Positions 27,107 through 41,895 are shown, numbered from the stretch's first letter. The stretch is 64,000 nt of DNA from Eledone cirrhosa (GCA_964016885.1 OZ024740.1:288300001-288364000), one strand, 5' to 3'. Program-made: numbers and translations. The notes: generated by a model from the letters alone, not told the origin.

Positions 27107-28104
27107 ATCTAGTTGTTTCAAACAGTAACTCTGACTGAGATCATTGAATAGATTTGAAGTGCGGTGGCTACCACTCCAAAAGAAGGGTATGTTGTATAGA
27201 TAAAAAACAGCTCTATGCATTCTATTTTGGTTGGTGAAACGATTAACTTATATGCAACAAAGTACACCGTTGAATGAGACGAATGTCGCTTCTCTGTTGC
27301 GGAATGTTCCTCATTGTACGACAAGAAAAGAAGAAAACTGCAAGCATATGCGACTAAAAGTTCACCTCACCCCCAGTAATCTGTCACCATTGTTCTATTA
27401 TGCGTTTCCTGCTACCTTATGTAGCTCCTTGTATTCTATTGCTCCCCGGAGACGGTGTGAGTAGACATTTTGTGAGAGGAGGATAAATGCTCATAATCAT
27501 CGTTGTATGAGTTCCCTGACCGGTGAGCTCAATATGGTTGATGTTCAATTTGAACTTCTGTTGAGCGGTGAATGGGCAGAATGGTTATAACGTCGGATAG
27601 AATGCTTTGCGGTATTCTTTCCGGCTCTTTGCGCCCTGAGTTCAATGCCCGTCGAGGTCGATAAAAATGTACCAGTCCAACATTGGTGTCGATACTTCCT
27701 CTCTACCACACTGTCTCCTTCTCTGAAAGAAATCTGCTGAATAAGAATGAGCTCCGCTGTACGTTATTACGGTTCCCCTACGACTCCACTAGGAGTTACG
27801 GGTCCATTGAAAAAAAGAATATATATATTTATTTATTTATTTATTTATTCATTTGCAGCAGCACTGTCCTAAATATTTGAACAACAATTATATATGGGTT
27901 GGACTTCTTTCTGTTTTGAAGAAAAGTGTGTGGCTACCATCTTTCCTCAAAATGTGGCATTTGTAGCAGCATTGAAGATTTTAGCTGTGTTGTGTTGCTC
28001 CTGAGTAAGGAGTCTGTATTTTTGTGGGATTGTTTCTTTAATATATTTGTGACCATTTTCGTTCTATTGGTATATTGTTATGTTGAATTTGAATAGCATT
28101 TACT

Positions 28105-28350
28105 AGCTGTTTGTTCAGTAACACAGAGGAGACTGAGGTTAGCTGGACATGCTCACCGACATTCAGAGTTGACACTGCACTCAGTACTCCTTTAGGAGCC
28201 CCTGTACGGACACACTAGAAAACGTAGACCAAGGTTGACATATGTTGATGCCTCGAGGACAGACACGGGTCTCTTGGAGACGCAGGGCATGGCAGCGATG
28301 ATGAAAGACAGAGACCGCTGGAGAGAACTCGTCTATGGATCTCGGTAATA
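28105..28350 (+). mobile_element. RTE-like LINE 3' fragment
   Basis: RRLRLAGH...RRPRLTYVD-like decayed translation. Confidence 0.55.
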
Positions 28351-28992
28351 TTTTCCGCCCTAGAAAGATAGATAGATTTTCATAGAATCATTGTAAGTTT
28401 AGTTTATTTTTATGCTGTGAGCTAAAGTTTACGAAAGACTGATGGGTTGAGAGGTAACAACAGTAAGTAGGTTGTTAATGTAGACAAGGAAGAATTGGAA
28501 GTCATTGTTAAATCGTGAGGTACATAGACATTAAAAGTGTTCGGTGTAGAGAACTCGGAACAACTGGAAACTGTCATTCAGTCTATTTTTAAACGACTGT
28601 TCCTGTTTGTCCTGAATTACAGATCTGTCCATTTGTTAGAGATTCGTGAATATTTATAATATAAGCACAATACCTCTAATTTGGAATAGGACAGAGAATA
28701 TTTGGAATATTAATCACAGTACTTGACTGATAACTTATATAACCGACCTCGAAAGGAAGAAAAACAATATTGGCTTTGGTTTGATTTGAGCTCAGAACAT
28801 AATGAGACGTAACTAAATACTGCAAGTCATTTGATCCGGTGTTCTACCGATTCTGCCATCCTATGCTCTTGTTGGTTCGTAAACAATACAATCTAATGAC
28901 AAAAACTCGATCTGGAATAATAAAAGTATCATCCTTCTATTTTCTCAGGCATTAATGTTTTTCTACATTTCCTTATCTCATGGGTTTTCATA

Positions 28993-29175
28993 TTGGCAGT
29001 ATCGGTGGAAGGTCGGACGCCATGCATTGCAGTATAGTGTTATAGCCCTTTACGGTCTGAGTTCAAATCCCGCCGCGGTTAACTTTGACTTTAATCCTTA
29101 CGGGGTCGATAAAATAAAGTACCAGTAATCTACTGGGATAATTGCTGGCCTTGTGCCAAAAGTAGAAACAATTAT
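28993..29175 (+). mobile_element. tRNA-derived SINE
   Basis: Dominant family. Confidence 0.9.
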
Positions 29176-29974
29176 TTACAGTAACGAGCATTGTTCTCCT
29201 ATCTTTCCCACTACTCTTCCCGATTTGGTTATAACTGCTGAAATATTCTGCGCTAAACATCCATTATCGTATTTTAACACATATTGTAGTTAAATTTCTA
29301 AAACCACAATTTAATTAGCAAAAATGGTAAAGCGCGTGTGTCTCTTTACGTTTTGCGTTCATATCCCGCTAGTGTCGACCTTGTCTTTCATCCTTCATCC
29401 TTGTCTTTCATCCGTCGATAATATTACTTCCAATCAAATACTGAGATGGATTAAATTCACTACCCACTTTCATCAAATGTGTGGCATTATGCTACTGTAA
29501 AATATCGTCGTTGTTGTTGTTGTTATTGAATCAACTAGTCATTTTCCAATGGCAATTTCATTAGTTTCAGAAAGGGCAAAATTCAAAATATCTAAAAACT
29601 TCAGCTTGGTGTTTTCGGGGTTTATTGAAATGATTTTATCGGAAAAAATATCAAATCAATAATTTTCACTGTGGTTGGAGGAGAAACATTTCATGGAGGA
29701 ATTGCTGTTTGAAGTTGAAAATTGTATTACGCATTTAAATAGAAATGATGACGATGATGATGCTGATGATGATGATGATGCTTTTGTTCTTTTGACATGC
29801 TAAATATGGAAGCTCTCTTTTTATATTTGATTTTATATCCGCCATTGTTCTTTGAATACTTTTAATGTTCTGTTTATGTTTCAACTGTTGCTGTAATATT
29901 TTTCCATATTTGAAGCCTTGCATACTAACAGGCCTTCTAATTTGCAGCAAATTATGTTTTTTCTATCTTCATTT

Positions 29975-30675
29975 GTAGCTTGTAAATCTTACATCTAGAG
30001 ATTACAAACACTGTATCTATTAGCTATAAACTCAACAGTTATAAACAATAAGCACTTTATTTATTGGTTATGAACCGTACATCTATAGACAACAAACTCT
30101 ATATCTATATTCTGTAAACGCAACACCCGTGGACTACAAAGCATAGATGTTTGTACAGCAAACGCTGCATTTTTAGACTATAAACCCCACATCTATAAAC
30201 TACAACTTCTGCATCTACAGGCTACAGCCCCTATATATTTAGGCGATAACCTCCACGTCTATAGGTTACAAAACCTACATATATAGATTTCAAACCTTAC
30301 ATTTATACGCGACAACTTCTACATCTATTGGCTACGGTCCCTATATCTTTAGCCTACAATCTCCACATCAATAGGCTATAACTTCTACATCTATAGGCTA
30401 TAACACATGCATCTATAGACTTCAAACCCTCTATCAATAGGCTACAATCCTTTAAATCTATAGGCTACAAAACATGCATCTATAGACTTCGAACTCTACG
30501 TCTATAGGCTACAATGTCTTCATCTATAGACTACAACTTCTACACCTATAGGCTACAAAACATGCATCTATAGACTTCGAACTCTACGTCTATAGGCTAC
30601 AATGTCTTCATCTATAGGCTACAATCCCTACATCTATAGACTGCAAAACAGGCATTTATAGACCTCAAAGCTCTT
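29975..30675. repeat. Degenerate ~21-bp minisatellite (catctataggctacaacttcta), resuming at 31750-31850
   Basis: Recurrent ctatag(g/a)ctac units. Confidence 0.85.
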
Positions 30676-30689
30676 GCGACGCTAAACTC

Positions 30690-31748
30690 CGCTAGTTGCA
30701 GACTGCACATCAACATGTGATAGCTCTCTCCACTAAGTTCGATCACCCGCAGCAGCGTTCAAAAAGCAAAGATCCAGTCCAGTCCATAGTTGACATTGTC
30801 AAGCCATCGTTTTGGCTGCCGGCCTCTGCTTCTCTTACCAGCCAACCTTCCTTCCAGGCATAACCTACTCACACCACGAGTTGATCTTTTTATATGGCCG
30901 TATAGTTTGAGTACTCTTGACTTGACAATTGATGTAATTGGTCTAAGTTTGGTAATCTTGAGCAGCTTACTGACACAGAGACGGTCTTTGAGCCGCTTGC
31001 CAGTCGTAAGTCTCATGATGTGGTTCTGGAATGTAGAGAGCTCTGAAGTGACCTTGTCGTCCAATTAATACAGTCAAGACCATATAAGACAACTGGTATG
31101 AGGTAAGTATCAAAGATCTTAGCCTTCAAACGATAGGAAACTCGTTTTGACGTTTGTACTTCCTTGTTCTTGTTGAAAGCTGCCCAACCTAGAGCGATTC
31201 GATATTGAGCAGCAACCATTCCATTGTTGTTTGATGATAGTTTGTGACCAAGATATACAAACTCCGCTGGTTGTAGATTGTGAGTTGGAGATTGGCATTG
31301 TTTTTATCAGTTGTCATACATTTTGTTTTAGAGATGTTGACGTGTAAGCGAATGTTTGGCCAGTAAACAAATCATTGAGAAATCAATAGAATTCAACAAC
31401 CCTGTGCACATCACCTTCATTGATTTCACAAAAGCTTTTGACAACGTGAAACTATCCAGCTTGTGGCAACTCTTAAACAAGACCTCAGTTAACAAAAAAT
31501 ACATCAACCTATGGAAAGAAACTTTCACCAACTCAACAGAATATATCAAAACAGACTTGGGAACTACACTCTGTATAGACATCTTGAAGGGAATTAAGCA
31601 GGGGGGTGTACTATCAGCGCTTTTTTTCTGTATAGTTAGAGCTGCACTTATCTACCAAACTGAAGAAGAATGCTCCTCTGGTTATCAAATAGGAGGTAAA
31701 ATCCTATCAAATCTCACATTTGCAGACGATCTGACCATTATGAGTTAC
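30690..31748. mobile_element. RTE-like LINE with internal 5' inversion, inserted in the minisatellite
   Basis: + strand 31356-31745 has RT motifs FIDFTKAFDNV..GIKQGGVLSALFF..TFADD. - strand 31325-30700 has the downstream part YLGH..IPVVLYG..LYGHIKR..GKRSRGRQPKRW. Confidence 0.88.
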
Positions 31749-32892
31749 TCTATAGACTTCAAACTCTACGCCAATAGGCTACAACTTCTACATCTATAGG
31801 CTATAACCTCTATATCTATTGACTACAAATCCTCACCTATAGGCTAAAACTCTAAAACAGTCCTCTGTCTTATTTCAAAGCAAATTTTGTTTTCACTTTA
31901 AAACATGGATTTCTAATTTTGCCACAAGGCCACACATTTTAAAGAAAGGAGTATGTTGAAGTAGTAGACTTAATCGTTTCTCAGTTTAATAACACTACGA
32001 GACCCTTAAGAGCCTTTTGTAGATTCCACTCAGTTACTATCATTCGATTCTGGTCTTTGGTCTCTGGTACTATTTCAGCAATCCATGGATCGTTATTTCT
32101 TCCTCCATTCTACACAACCGAGATCCAATAAAAAGTGCCCCAACCAATAAATAAAGAAAGAGAAAACGAAAGAAAGTGACTGGCATTTATTTTAACGACG
32201 ACAAAGAGTTGAAAAACAATGTTGACCTCGACGGGAATTGAACTCAGAATAAAAAGAGGTGTAATTAAAAATGGCATAGCAGTTGTCTCACTCTGTTTAA
32301 TTACAGCTCTTCAGAAATACTTTTCTAAAATAAATCTACTAAAGTTTTTAATTTTTTTCGGTCGCTTACACATACACATACACACGCATGTGCACGCACA
32401 CACACACACGCGCGCGCACACACAAAAGTTAAAGGTCAACAACAGTAAATCAAACGATAAATGTTATTAATTTAACGCTTATATGAAAAAGGAAATAAAT
32501 GATTGTCTTCAACGTTTTGAACATTAGTCTTTTATCGGAAAAGAAATAAAATAATTGAAAGGGTTAACAAGGTAAAAAGAAAAAGTGGACATGTCGTATG
32601 TCACAACATATATATAATAGCAGACTTGTCAACTCTCTCCGTCCGATGGGGAGATCTCCGATTCACTTTGGGGTGAGTGAGAGATGTCTTCTCTTGTGAA
32701 AATGGGTATAGCTTTCATTATGTAAAATCTCCCCGATTTGGGGCACCTTTTTTTCATGGTACTCTCCGTTTGGGTTTTTAGAGGTTGGTAGGTCTGTAAT
32801 AACCACCAGCCTGTTACTTAACAGACAGTTGCATACAGTCGCATGCAACCGAGCAGTTTGGTTCATGCCCAGGTCAATAGCGCATAAGTCAT

Positions 32893-33495
32893 TAATTGTT
32901 TCTAATTTTGGTACAAGGCCAGCAATTAACCAGTGCATTACTGGTATTTTATTTTATCGACCCCGTAAGGATGAAAGGCAAAGTTAACCTCGGCAGGATT
33001 TGAACCCAGATCATAAAGGTCCGTAACTATGCTGCAAAGCATGGTGTCTACACGGTACTGCCAACCAATAGGTTTGCTCCGAAAATGTATGACTTAGCCT
33101 AGTAACGTTAAAAATAACAGCTGCCAAAATGGTAAGTAGAGACTGTCAACTCTCTTCACACACTGAGAAAAGATAATCAAGGCGAACTATTTGCACCGGC
33201 AACTCTCTGCAATTGGAATGGCCTCCCATCGTCTCAACACAGTGGAGTTATAGATAGATACAGAAGCTGCTTTGAAGACAAAGGACTGTGATGGAAAGAA
33301 TTCGCGACTTGGTGAATTGGCAGTATCGGTAGAGGGTCAGACGCCATGCTTTCCAGCATAGTTACGTCCCTTTACGGTCTGAGTTTAAATCCCGCCGAGG
33401 TTAACTTTGCCTTGCATCCTTACGGGGTCGATAAAATAAAGTGCCAGTAATGTACTGGATAATTGCTGGCCTTGTGCCAAAAGTAGAAACAATTA
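32893..33495. mobile_element. Two SINE copies in divergent orientation (32893-33063 -, 33310-33495 +)
   Basis: Dominant family. Confidence 0.85.
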
Positions 33496-33562
33496 TTCAA
33501 ATTCACTAAACGAATGGTCCAATGGTGATGAAAACTTGATAAAGAGGAAACGCAAAGAGAGG

Positions 33563-33617
<55 letters not shown>

Positions 33618-33792
33618 ATGGTGTAACAGTAAATACACGGACACATACGTACACATAGACACATGCACAAACACTTACGTAGACAGACACGTACACACAC
33701 TAGACATACATAACTGACACACACAGAGACAAACATACGAACATGGACACAAACATACCAACAGGCACCCTCTCTCTCTCTCTCTCTCTCTC

Positions 33793-33838
<46 letters not shown>

Positions 33839-33847
33839 ATCTATCTA

Positions 33848-33914
<67 letters not shown>

Positions 33915-33925
33915 CTCTTTGTTTC

Positions 33926-34000
<75 letters not shown>

Positions 34001-34475
34001 ACACATACACACACACACACACCACACATACACACCAGCACGTACCCTATAGATGCTTCTGTGTGTATACATACATCAGTTTCCAGGTGTGTACGCGTGT
34101 GTACGCGTGTGTCGGTGTGTATCAGTTAGTGTAAAAGTTTTGTGTTTTTAAGTGTGTATGTGTGTGTGTCTCTATGTTTGTGACTGTTGAGGTCTGTATG
34201 TGTCTAAGTGTGATCGGTATCTCCCCCCCCCCCCCCCCGCCGCTCTCTCTCTCTGTGCTGACCACTGAGAAATAACGAGGTCGCACAAGGTCAATCCTTA
34301 GCGCTATGTTCAACGTAATTAGTTTTTCCGGATTAAATTAACGTATATTACCAGTTCCTTTGATGTTTTTATGTCTTCATGTCATTAGTCTGTCTGTCCT
34401 CCTTCTCTCTCCCCCTTTCTCTCACCCTCTCTCTCTCTCTTTCTCTCTCTTCCCCTTTCACTATCTCTCTATCTA

Positions 34476-34534
<59 letters not shown>

Positions 34535-34547
34535 GCATACAGACACA

Positions 34548-34600
<53 letters not shown>

Positions 34601-34745
34601 CACCTTGTTTCTTCTAAATATATATATGTGTGTATATTGATTTTATTAAGGTTAAATAGTGAATCTTGGGAGATTCTGGAGTTTCCCCACCTTCTCACAG
34701 GCTCATCATGTATGTATATATATCTATATATACATATATATATAC

Positions 34746-34867
<122 letters not shown>

Positions 34868-35092
34868 GAATAATCGAGTATCGAAAAATCGGCGCACGAG
34901 TTCACGATAAACAAAATTCGACATGAGTGGCAGAGGGCTCAATAATTCAGATAAATCAGAGCTATAACTATCGTTAAAATACCAACACACAAAGATTATG
35001 TCTAAAATCACCCATACGACCGAAAAATTACGATCAGGAAGATTCGGGTCACTCAGATAAAATATCAATAAATCAATAAATATATATATACG

Positions 35093-35420
35093 GAAAAAAT
35101 GAAACGAAATTTCATTTCTCACTCTTAGTACGGCTGTTACTTAAATATAAGTATGTATACGTACATACATATATGTATACAGACCTACAGTAGTATGTAT
35201 ATATATATATATACATACATGCACACATATATACATGTACGTATGGATTCACCGAACATTTATTATAATGCTCGGTGTGTTTGTAAACAAACATCCCGAA
35301 TTAAGCCGTACAGTGTCTAGCAACCATCGTTGCTCATTTGTTCAACACTGACAAAGGAACGCTGTACTAGTTTCAAGCTGTACGTCCGTATACATATATG
35401 TATGTACGTATACATACTTA
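35093..35420 (-). mobile_element. Third, circularly permuted copy of the retrozyme-like unit with an inverted 5' piece
   Basis: Minus strand starts at HHR stem II (agcttGAAActagTAcagcg, 35379) and reads through the monomer junction to gagtgagaaatgaaatttcg. 35378-35420 is an opposite-orientation piece of the same unit. Confidence 0.75.
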
Positions 35421-35516
35421 TATTTATATATATATATATATATATTGACAAGCAGTTTTGTTTTGAAACAGCAAGCGAGTTTGAAAATAGAAAGTAGAAG
35501 CTTTCGCCGTATTTAG

Positions 35517-35588
35517 CATGTGTTGGTGTAATGGTAGCGCAGTGGTCTGGGTAACCAAATATCTGGGTTCGACTCCCATGTACGTCAA
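35517..35588 (+). pseudogene. tRNA-like sequence (pseudo-tRNA or SINE head)
   Basis: A box tggtgtaatggtagc, arm tggt-ctgggta-acca, B box ggttcgactcc. Acceptor stem degraded. Confidence 0.55.
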
Positions 35589-35639
35589 TACATATCTTTT
35601 TCCATTTGTTAGAGCGTTCCAAACCCCACTATTTCTATT

Positions 35640-35708
<69 letters not shown>

Positions 35709-36867
35709 GAAATACACACACATATTCATATGTGTGGTGTCCACCTTGAGTTTGGCTCGATGACCGATGGAGCTAAAATAATCAAAATAATTAAAATAAC
35801 TCAATAATCAGAGCTATTTATCAAATTACAAAATATGAGAAAATAATAGACAAAAAAAGTCCTGGCTGCAGTTTCGCCGATCTGTGTGCCATGATTCTGC
35901 ACTATAAAAATGCATAATCGCTGTGAGGTTGATATGGCTTATCAAGAGACCCCTCAGAAAAAAGGACTGTTTCTTGACGCGTTCGTAGCAAGTAACAAAA
36001 TCTCGAGGGACAGAGGGAGGAATTAACACGTGATACAGTGGTAAAAAAAAAAAAAGGGCTGTTCCTTTATATATATATTCTTTTATTGGTTTGATCATTC
36101 TCAGCAGTTTGTAAACGTTTATATAGACCCTAACATGTAATATCGGCTCACGAATAATCGTCACACCCACCTCCGCTTATTCATTTTTCAGATTTTTTCC
36201 ACTACTACCCATTCTTATTCCACCCCTTCTCCGCTTATTAAATTTTGCTAATCTATCTCTCGCAAAATTTTATTTTAAGTGGTAACATTCCTGAGATAAT
36301 TAATTTTCTTTATACATTAAAAAAAAACATTATACATGACTAAAAAAGTACACTATTAGAAATTCCATAAGCTATAAAATAAATAGGATGTGTTGGGGTC
36401 TCAATAAGTAAACTAAACGACTGATTCTGATTTTTTTTTAAATGAACGGAGAAAACTTAGAAAAATTACCGATTTTCACCCACTCCCCCGCTTATTCCAC
36501 ACACACCACCGCTTATTCCCCCCCCCTTTTTTTTTATTTGGGACCCAAGAATATTTCAGTTTGGTAGTTACATTTATACCTAGGTCATGGGGTTTTGGTT
36601 ATGTATATTCTCTGCATGTTTTTAAATCATTACCAATCGTCGCTCTGTGAAACATAGGTATGTGCAGTGTGCTTCTATTTCTATTGTATTGAGAGTACTC
36701 TTCGTAATATGTGTGCAGTGGATAGTAGTGCTATTTTTTGTATGCTGTATATATTTATAAGTCCCAGTGGTTTGGTTATGTGTTATCATAAGTATTGTTT
36801 TTCTTTTCACCATCCACATTCAGGTTATTTCTATCTCCATATTATTGTTATTATTGTTATTATGGTT

Positions 36868-37252
36868 ATGGCGGGGAATTGGCAGTATCGGTAGAGGGTT
36901 GGACGCCATGCTTTGATGCATAGAGTTACGGCCCTTGCCATTCTGAGTTCAAATCCCGCCTAGGTTAACTTTGCCTTTCATCCTTACCGGGTCGATAAAA
37001 TAAAGTACCAGTAATGCACTGGGATAATTGCTGGCCTTGTGCCAAAAGTAGAAACAATTATGGTTAAAATCGGCAGTATCAGTAGTGTCAGACACCATGT
37101 TTTTCAGCATAGAGTTATGGCCCTTTGCGTTCTGAGTTCAAATCTCCCTGAGGTTAACTTTTCTTTTCATCCTTACGGGGGTTGATAAAATAAAGCACTA
37201 GTTATGCACTGGGGATAATTGCTGGCCTTGTGCCAAAAGTAGAAACAATTAT
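36868..37252 (+). mobile_element. Two SINE copies
   Basis: Dominant family. Confidence 0.88.
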
Positions 37253-37289
37253 TATTATGGTTGGGCGGTGGATTTGCAGTATCGTTAAC

Positions 37290-38630
37290 CTTCTTACCTC
37301 AATTATTCTATCGCATTCAATGGTGAAGTCCCACAAAAGCTTAAATTCATCATTCTCTAACATCCCATCTGTTCTCTGCTCATACCATTTAGTTGTTCTA
37401 ACAAACCTACATTTCTCAGATATGGCAGCATTATCATGTCATTTTTTGTACTCTCACTGTGCCAACATAACACGTTCGCTTACAATATGGCTGACTGTTT
37501 CTCCTTTTGTTCTACACATTCTACATAATTGTTTCTACTTTAGGCACAAGGCCACCAATTACCCAGTGCATTACTGGTACTTTATTTTATCGACCCCGTA
37601 AGGATGAAAGGCAAAGTCAACCTCGGCGGGATTTGAACTCAGTTCGTAAAGGGACGTAACTATGCTGGAAAGCATGGCGTCCGACCCTCTACCGATACTG
37701 CCAATCCACCGCCCTTTCTACATAATGGTGCTTTTTTCGTTTTGTCAACATGGCGTTTGATGTTGTTTCTTCGAAAAGCCTGTTCCTGGGCGCTGCACAC
37801 CAGAACTTTGGTGCAACCTTTCAGATCGCTACAACCAGCTCTTTTCCCATTCAATGCCTACTTTATATCTAGTACGGAGTCGATAAAATAAAGTACCAGT
37901 AATGCACTGGCGTCGATTTAATCGACTTTCCCTTCCCTCAAAATTGTTGGCCTTGTACCTAAATCAGAAACCATTATTATTATTAGGGCGGTGGATTGGC
38001 AGTATCGGTGAAACATTGGACAACATGCTTTGCGGCTTAGAGTTATGGCCCTTTACGATATGAGTTCAAATCCCGCCGAGGCTGGCTTCGCCTTTCATCT
38101 TTACGAGGTCGATAAAATAAAGCAGCTGTAATGCACTGGGGTCGATTTAATCAACTTTCCCCTCCCCCCAAATTACTGGCCTTGTGCCTATACTAGAAAT
38201 CATGGACTAGTGCTTCAGCGTGGTATATTGAGACAAACACTTCAATTATTGAGGTACTTCCTTTCTTGTTGATGTTTAACAATAATATCTGATCGATTAG
38301 CTTTGATCTTCCTCTGTGTGGATCGGCATATTCCCACGTATGGTTGTTTTCTCATTCTGTGAGACCTTTTCTTGTGTATATTTATACCATTTCTTTTCTG
38401 TTGATATTTCATTATACTGTAATAACTTCCACTGTAAGAAAGTTCCAACTCCGTTATACCCGTATTGCATTCCTCTTATACTTGTAGATGCATTTCTCAC
38501 TAAGGCTAAGCAGTTACAGAGAGTATAGTTAATCGTTTCTTTCCAACCTTGACGTATTTTGCAGTTAATGTATTCAACTTCATTGCTGTAGGTGGTTTCT
38601 TGTAGGAAGGTTTTGATCCTGTACCACAAT
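37290..38630 (-). mobile_element. Fragments of an R4/Dong-like (REL-endonuclease) LINE interrupted by SINEs
   Basis: LKGCTKVLVCSAQEQA..NIKRHVDKT..LCR, ETVSHIVS and NRSDIIVK motifs. SINEs at 37528-37714 (TSD ttctacataat) and 37875-38200. Confidence 0.65.
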
Positions 38631-41449
38631 TAGTTTCAGTTTTGAATCCAGTGTTACTCAGCTAGTGTTGCGAATATTCCTCGTTTATTTCCACTCTGTT
38701 TAGTTCAAATGTATTGACCATGTAAACAAAGACTTTTGTTGCCATCGATTTAGCATGAAATTTTATAGCATGGTTTTCAACTTTTTCAAAATGTTCTATT
38801 TTCCCCCATAACTTCTTGTCTTTTCAACTACTATTTTGTATCTGTTAGCTTCCCTAAATACAGAAAACAATTTTGTTTTGTTTTGTTCAAGTTTTGTAGC
38901 TATTTTATTCTTCGATGGAGAATGTTGAAATCATAATAACCTTCTAGATGCAAAAATGTTCAAGGTTAATAAAAGCGTTCAAGGTCAAGAAAAATATCAA
39001 TAAATGTTATATGAGAGTGTCTTGACACTTGGTATGTTTTTGGAACATGCCTATGTTTATGTATATCCTTGTAAATAATGTATTAATATATTTACTGAAG
39101 TGGTTGTGTATAATTCCAATTGTGCCAATTACAAATTGTGTGATAGACACATTCCTTAGCTACATAATCAACAGCCAGGTTGATTCATTAGCTTTTAAAC
39201 TAGCTTCTGCACAATAATTTGGAACTGGAATCTCGATAATTAGCATACTATTGTTTGTGTCTATGTTTTGCAACGGAAAATTGTCAGGTTTCTTATTTGC
39301 TATTTGATGGTTTGTCTATGTGCTGAAGTTTCATGTTTTTTTTCAGATTGACACTTTCTAAGACACGTGGAGATTCTTAGGGGTCCCATAGGTAAGTAGT
39401 TTCATGTAGGTAGTTCATTTGGTACGTTATTCTGTCTCCGTGTCTATTTTGTCGAAGCTAGAGCGGGACATACTGATACAATGTGGTATATTGTCTCGGG
39501 AAATGCTCCACAAAGATGACATTTGTTGCTTTTACTGCCCTATTAAGATTTGCGCATCCACTCCAGAAACTTTCTTTTACATATATATGGAGTATTCAGT
39601 TCGCGAAAAATATTGGCCACAAAAGGCATACCTTTTGGGTCGTTTACTATGTTCGTTTCCGCTGCGTTTTTAAGTTTGGACCTTAGCTACTCGAAGTCTA
39701 ATCCATTTTCTTCGTGAGAGTTTAGTTGCTGCGAATATAATTGATCTGCTGCTTTTTCTATGATCATAGTCATTAAGAGCATGGAACTGGCTTGATTATG
39801 AGTTGGAAAGATTGTAGTGAATATTAATAATTACCACCTTGTCTTCTAAAGATTTACAGTTATTGGGTGTAATGATTAACGTGTAGCATGTGATTTAAAA
39901 AAATATATAATTGAGATGTAACTCAAAACTTTGACTCCAATTCTTCAGTTTTCATTCTCGGTTCAATTAGTTTACACAATTTATGCTCTCATCTATACCC
40001 AAGTATTTTATAACGTAGAATTGTCCAGCTTCTGTAGGGAAAATGAAGACGACAGGGAATTCTTGAAGGATCTATAGGGAAAAGTGTTGTGTGAGATTCT
40101 GGGAAGTGAGACACAGCTGTAAGTGACAACAGGCGAAGAGATGGGCGAATTGGGTGCATATAAGTCATGCAGTTCACCAGTTCATAGAGGAAGATGCCGT
40201 TGTAGTAGCTGTGGAAGAGACAGCGCATATGCGAGCTTGTGGTTGAAGTGTATTGATGTGTGAATATTTGCCAATCAATTAGACTACCTTCTTTTGGGTG
40301 TCATTTAAGACTTGTGTGCCAGTATAGTACTAGTAGTACTAGTAAAAGTAGTAGTGTTCCATAGATATGAGTAAGTACTTTAATGCAGGCCTTACTTGAA
40401 CATTACTGAGGCTTAGCTATTGGTCAGAACTGAAGACCATGAAACGGAACACTAGTCTTTGGGATACAGTTTTAAGAATATAGTAATATGCCGAGGGAAA
40501 ATCAGTAAAGTGGACTACCTCCTTCCTCGTGATATTAACTACAATTGAAAGATACAGGTACATAGTTCTTAAGAGCCTCCTAAACGCCGAGGACCTTTTA
40601 ATGAACATTGTTTAAACTCAAGTTTCTTAGTTTTAAATGAATTGAAGATAAATCTCACTCTGAACAGGACACCGGTTTATCGCAAGTCACATTATGAGAC
40701 GATCTTACATTCAATCCACACAGTATAACCATGTGAATTAAGGTAATGTAGAATATTGCATTTTGTTCAGAAACTCAGTGAAACGTCTGCAACAAACTTA
40801 AATTCGCAACCTATGAACAGCTTACTCGCTCAGATGCCTGACTTTTATACGAGAAAAGAAGTAACATGTCTCAGTCAGAAATCGAACCTACAGACCAATG
40901 TTATCCATTTAACGAACACGCGACCAGTAAACTGTAGTTGAATGAACCGACGTTATGGACTGTATGCTCAGTAATGGTAAGAACTTACGGCTACAATATG
41001 TTACCTACACGTATCAACCTAGCATGATAACAACGTTGCAATTGGTTTAGATTACATCCGGTTAGTGAGATTATTTCCGGTTATGCAGTCGTGGAGTAGC
41101 GAGATGTGGCGTGATGTGGTGTGGTGTGGTGTGGTGTGGCGTGGTATGGAGTGGTGTGGTGTGGTGTGGCGTGGTATGGAGTGATGTGGTGTGGCATAAT
41201 CGAAACTGGATCCCACTGGAGATGCAAATCAGGGGAAATAATTGTATTGACTAAAAATAGAATAATAGTTAACAAATTTCACATCGCATCTATTCTACCT
41301 ACAGACCACGGACACGTGCAGAGTGCAGAGTCATCCGAAAAACCTAAACCCATTTGTAATACGTTACAACTTTACTTTCTATCAGTTCGAGGTTGATAAA
41401 GTACCAGTTCTATACTAGAGTTGATTAAGCCGCCGCCCCCCCCCCCCCT

Positions 41450-41895
41450 CTCTCTCTCTCTCTCTTTCAGTACTAGGGGTGATACAGCCGCTCTCCCTCC
41501 CTCCCCCTCTCTCTCTTTCAATACTAGGTTCGATTCAGACGCTCCCCCCTCTCTCTCTCTCTTTCAGTACTAGGAGCGATTCAGCCGCTCCCCCCTCTCT
41601 CTCTCTCTCTCTCTTTCAGTACTAGGGTCGATTCAGCCTCCCCCCCCCCTCTCTCTTTTTCAGTACTAGGGTCGATTCGGTCCCCCCCTCCTCTCCTCTC
41701 TCTCTCTCTCTCTTTCAGTTAAGGGTCGATTCAGCCGCTCTCCCTCCCCCCTCTCTCTCTCTCTTTCAGTACTAGGGTCGATTCATAGCCCTCCTCTCTC
41801 TCTCTCTCTTTCAGTACTAGGATCGATTCAGCCGCTCTCCCGCTTCTCCCTCTCTCGCTCTTCCGGTACTGGGGTCGATTCTCCCCCTCTCTCTC
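41450..41895. repeat. ~40-bp minisatellite (ctctctttcagtactagggtcgattcagccgctccccc)
   Basis: About 10 degenerate tandem units. Confidence 0.9.

Noticed and set aside
41450-41895. CRISPR-like spacing of a ~25-bp repeat
   Set aside because: The spacers are just variable (CT)n/C runs in a eukaryotic context with no cas genes. It is a minisatellite.
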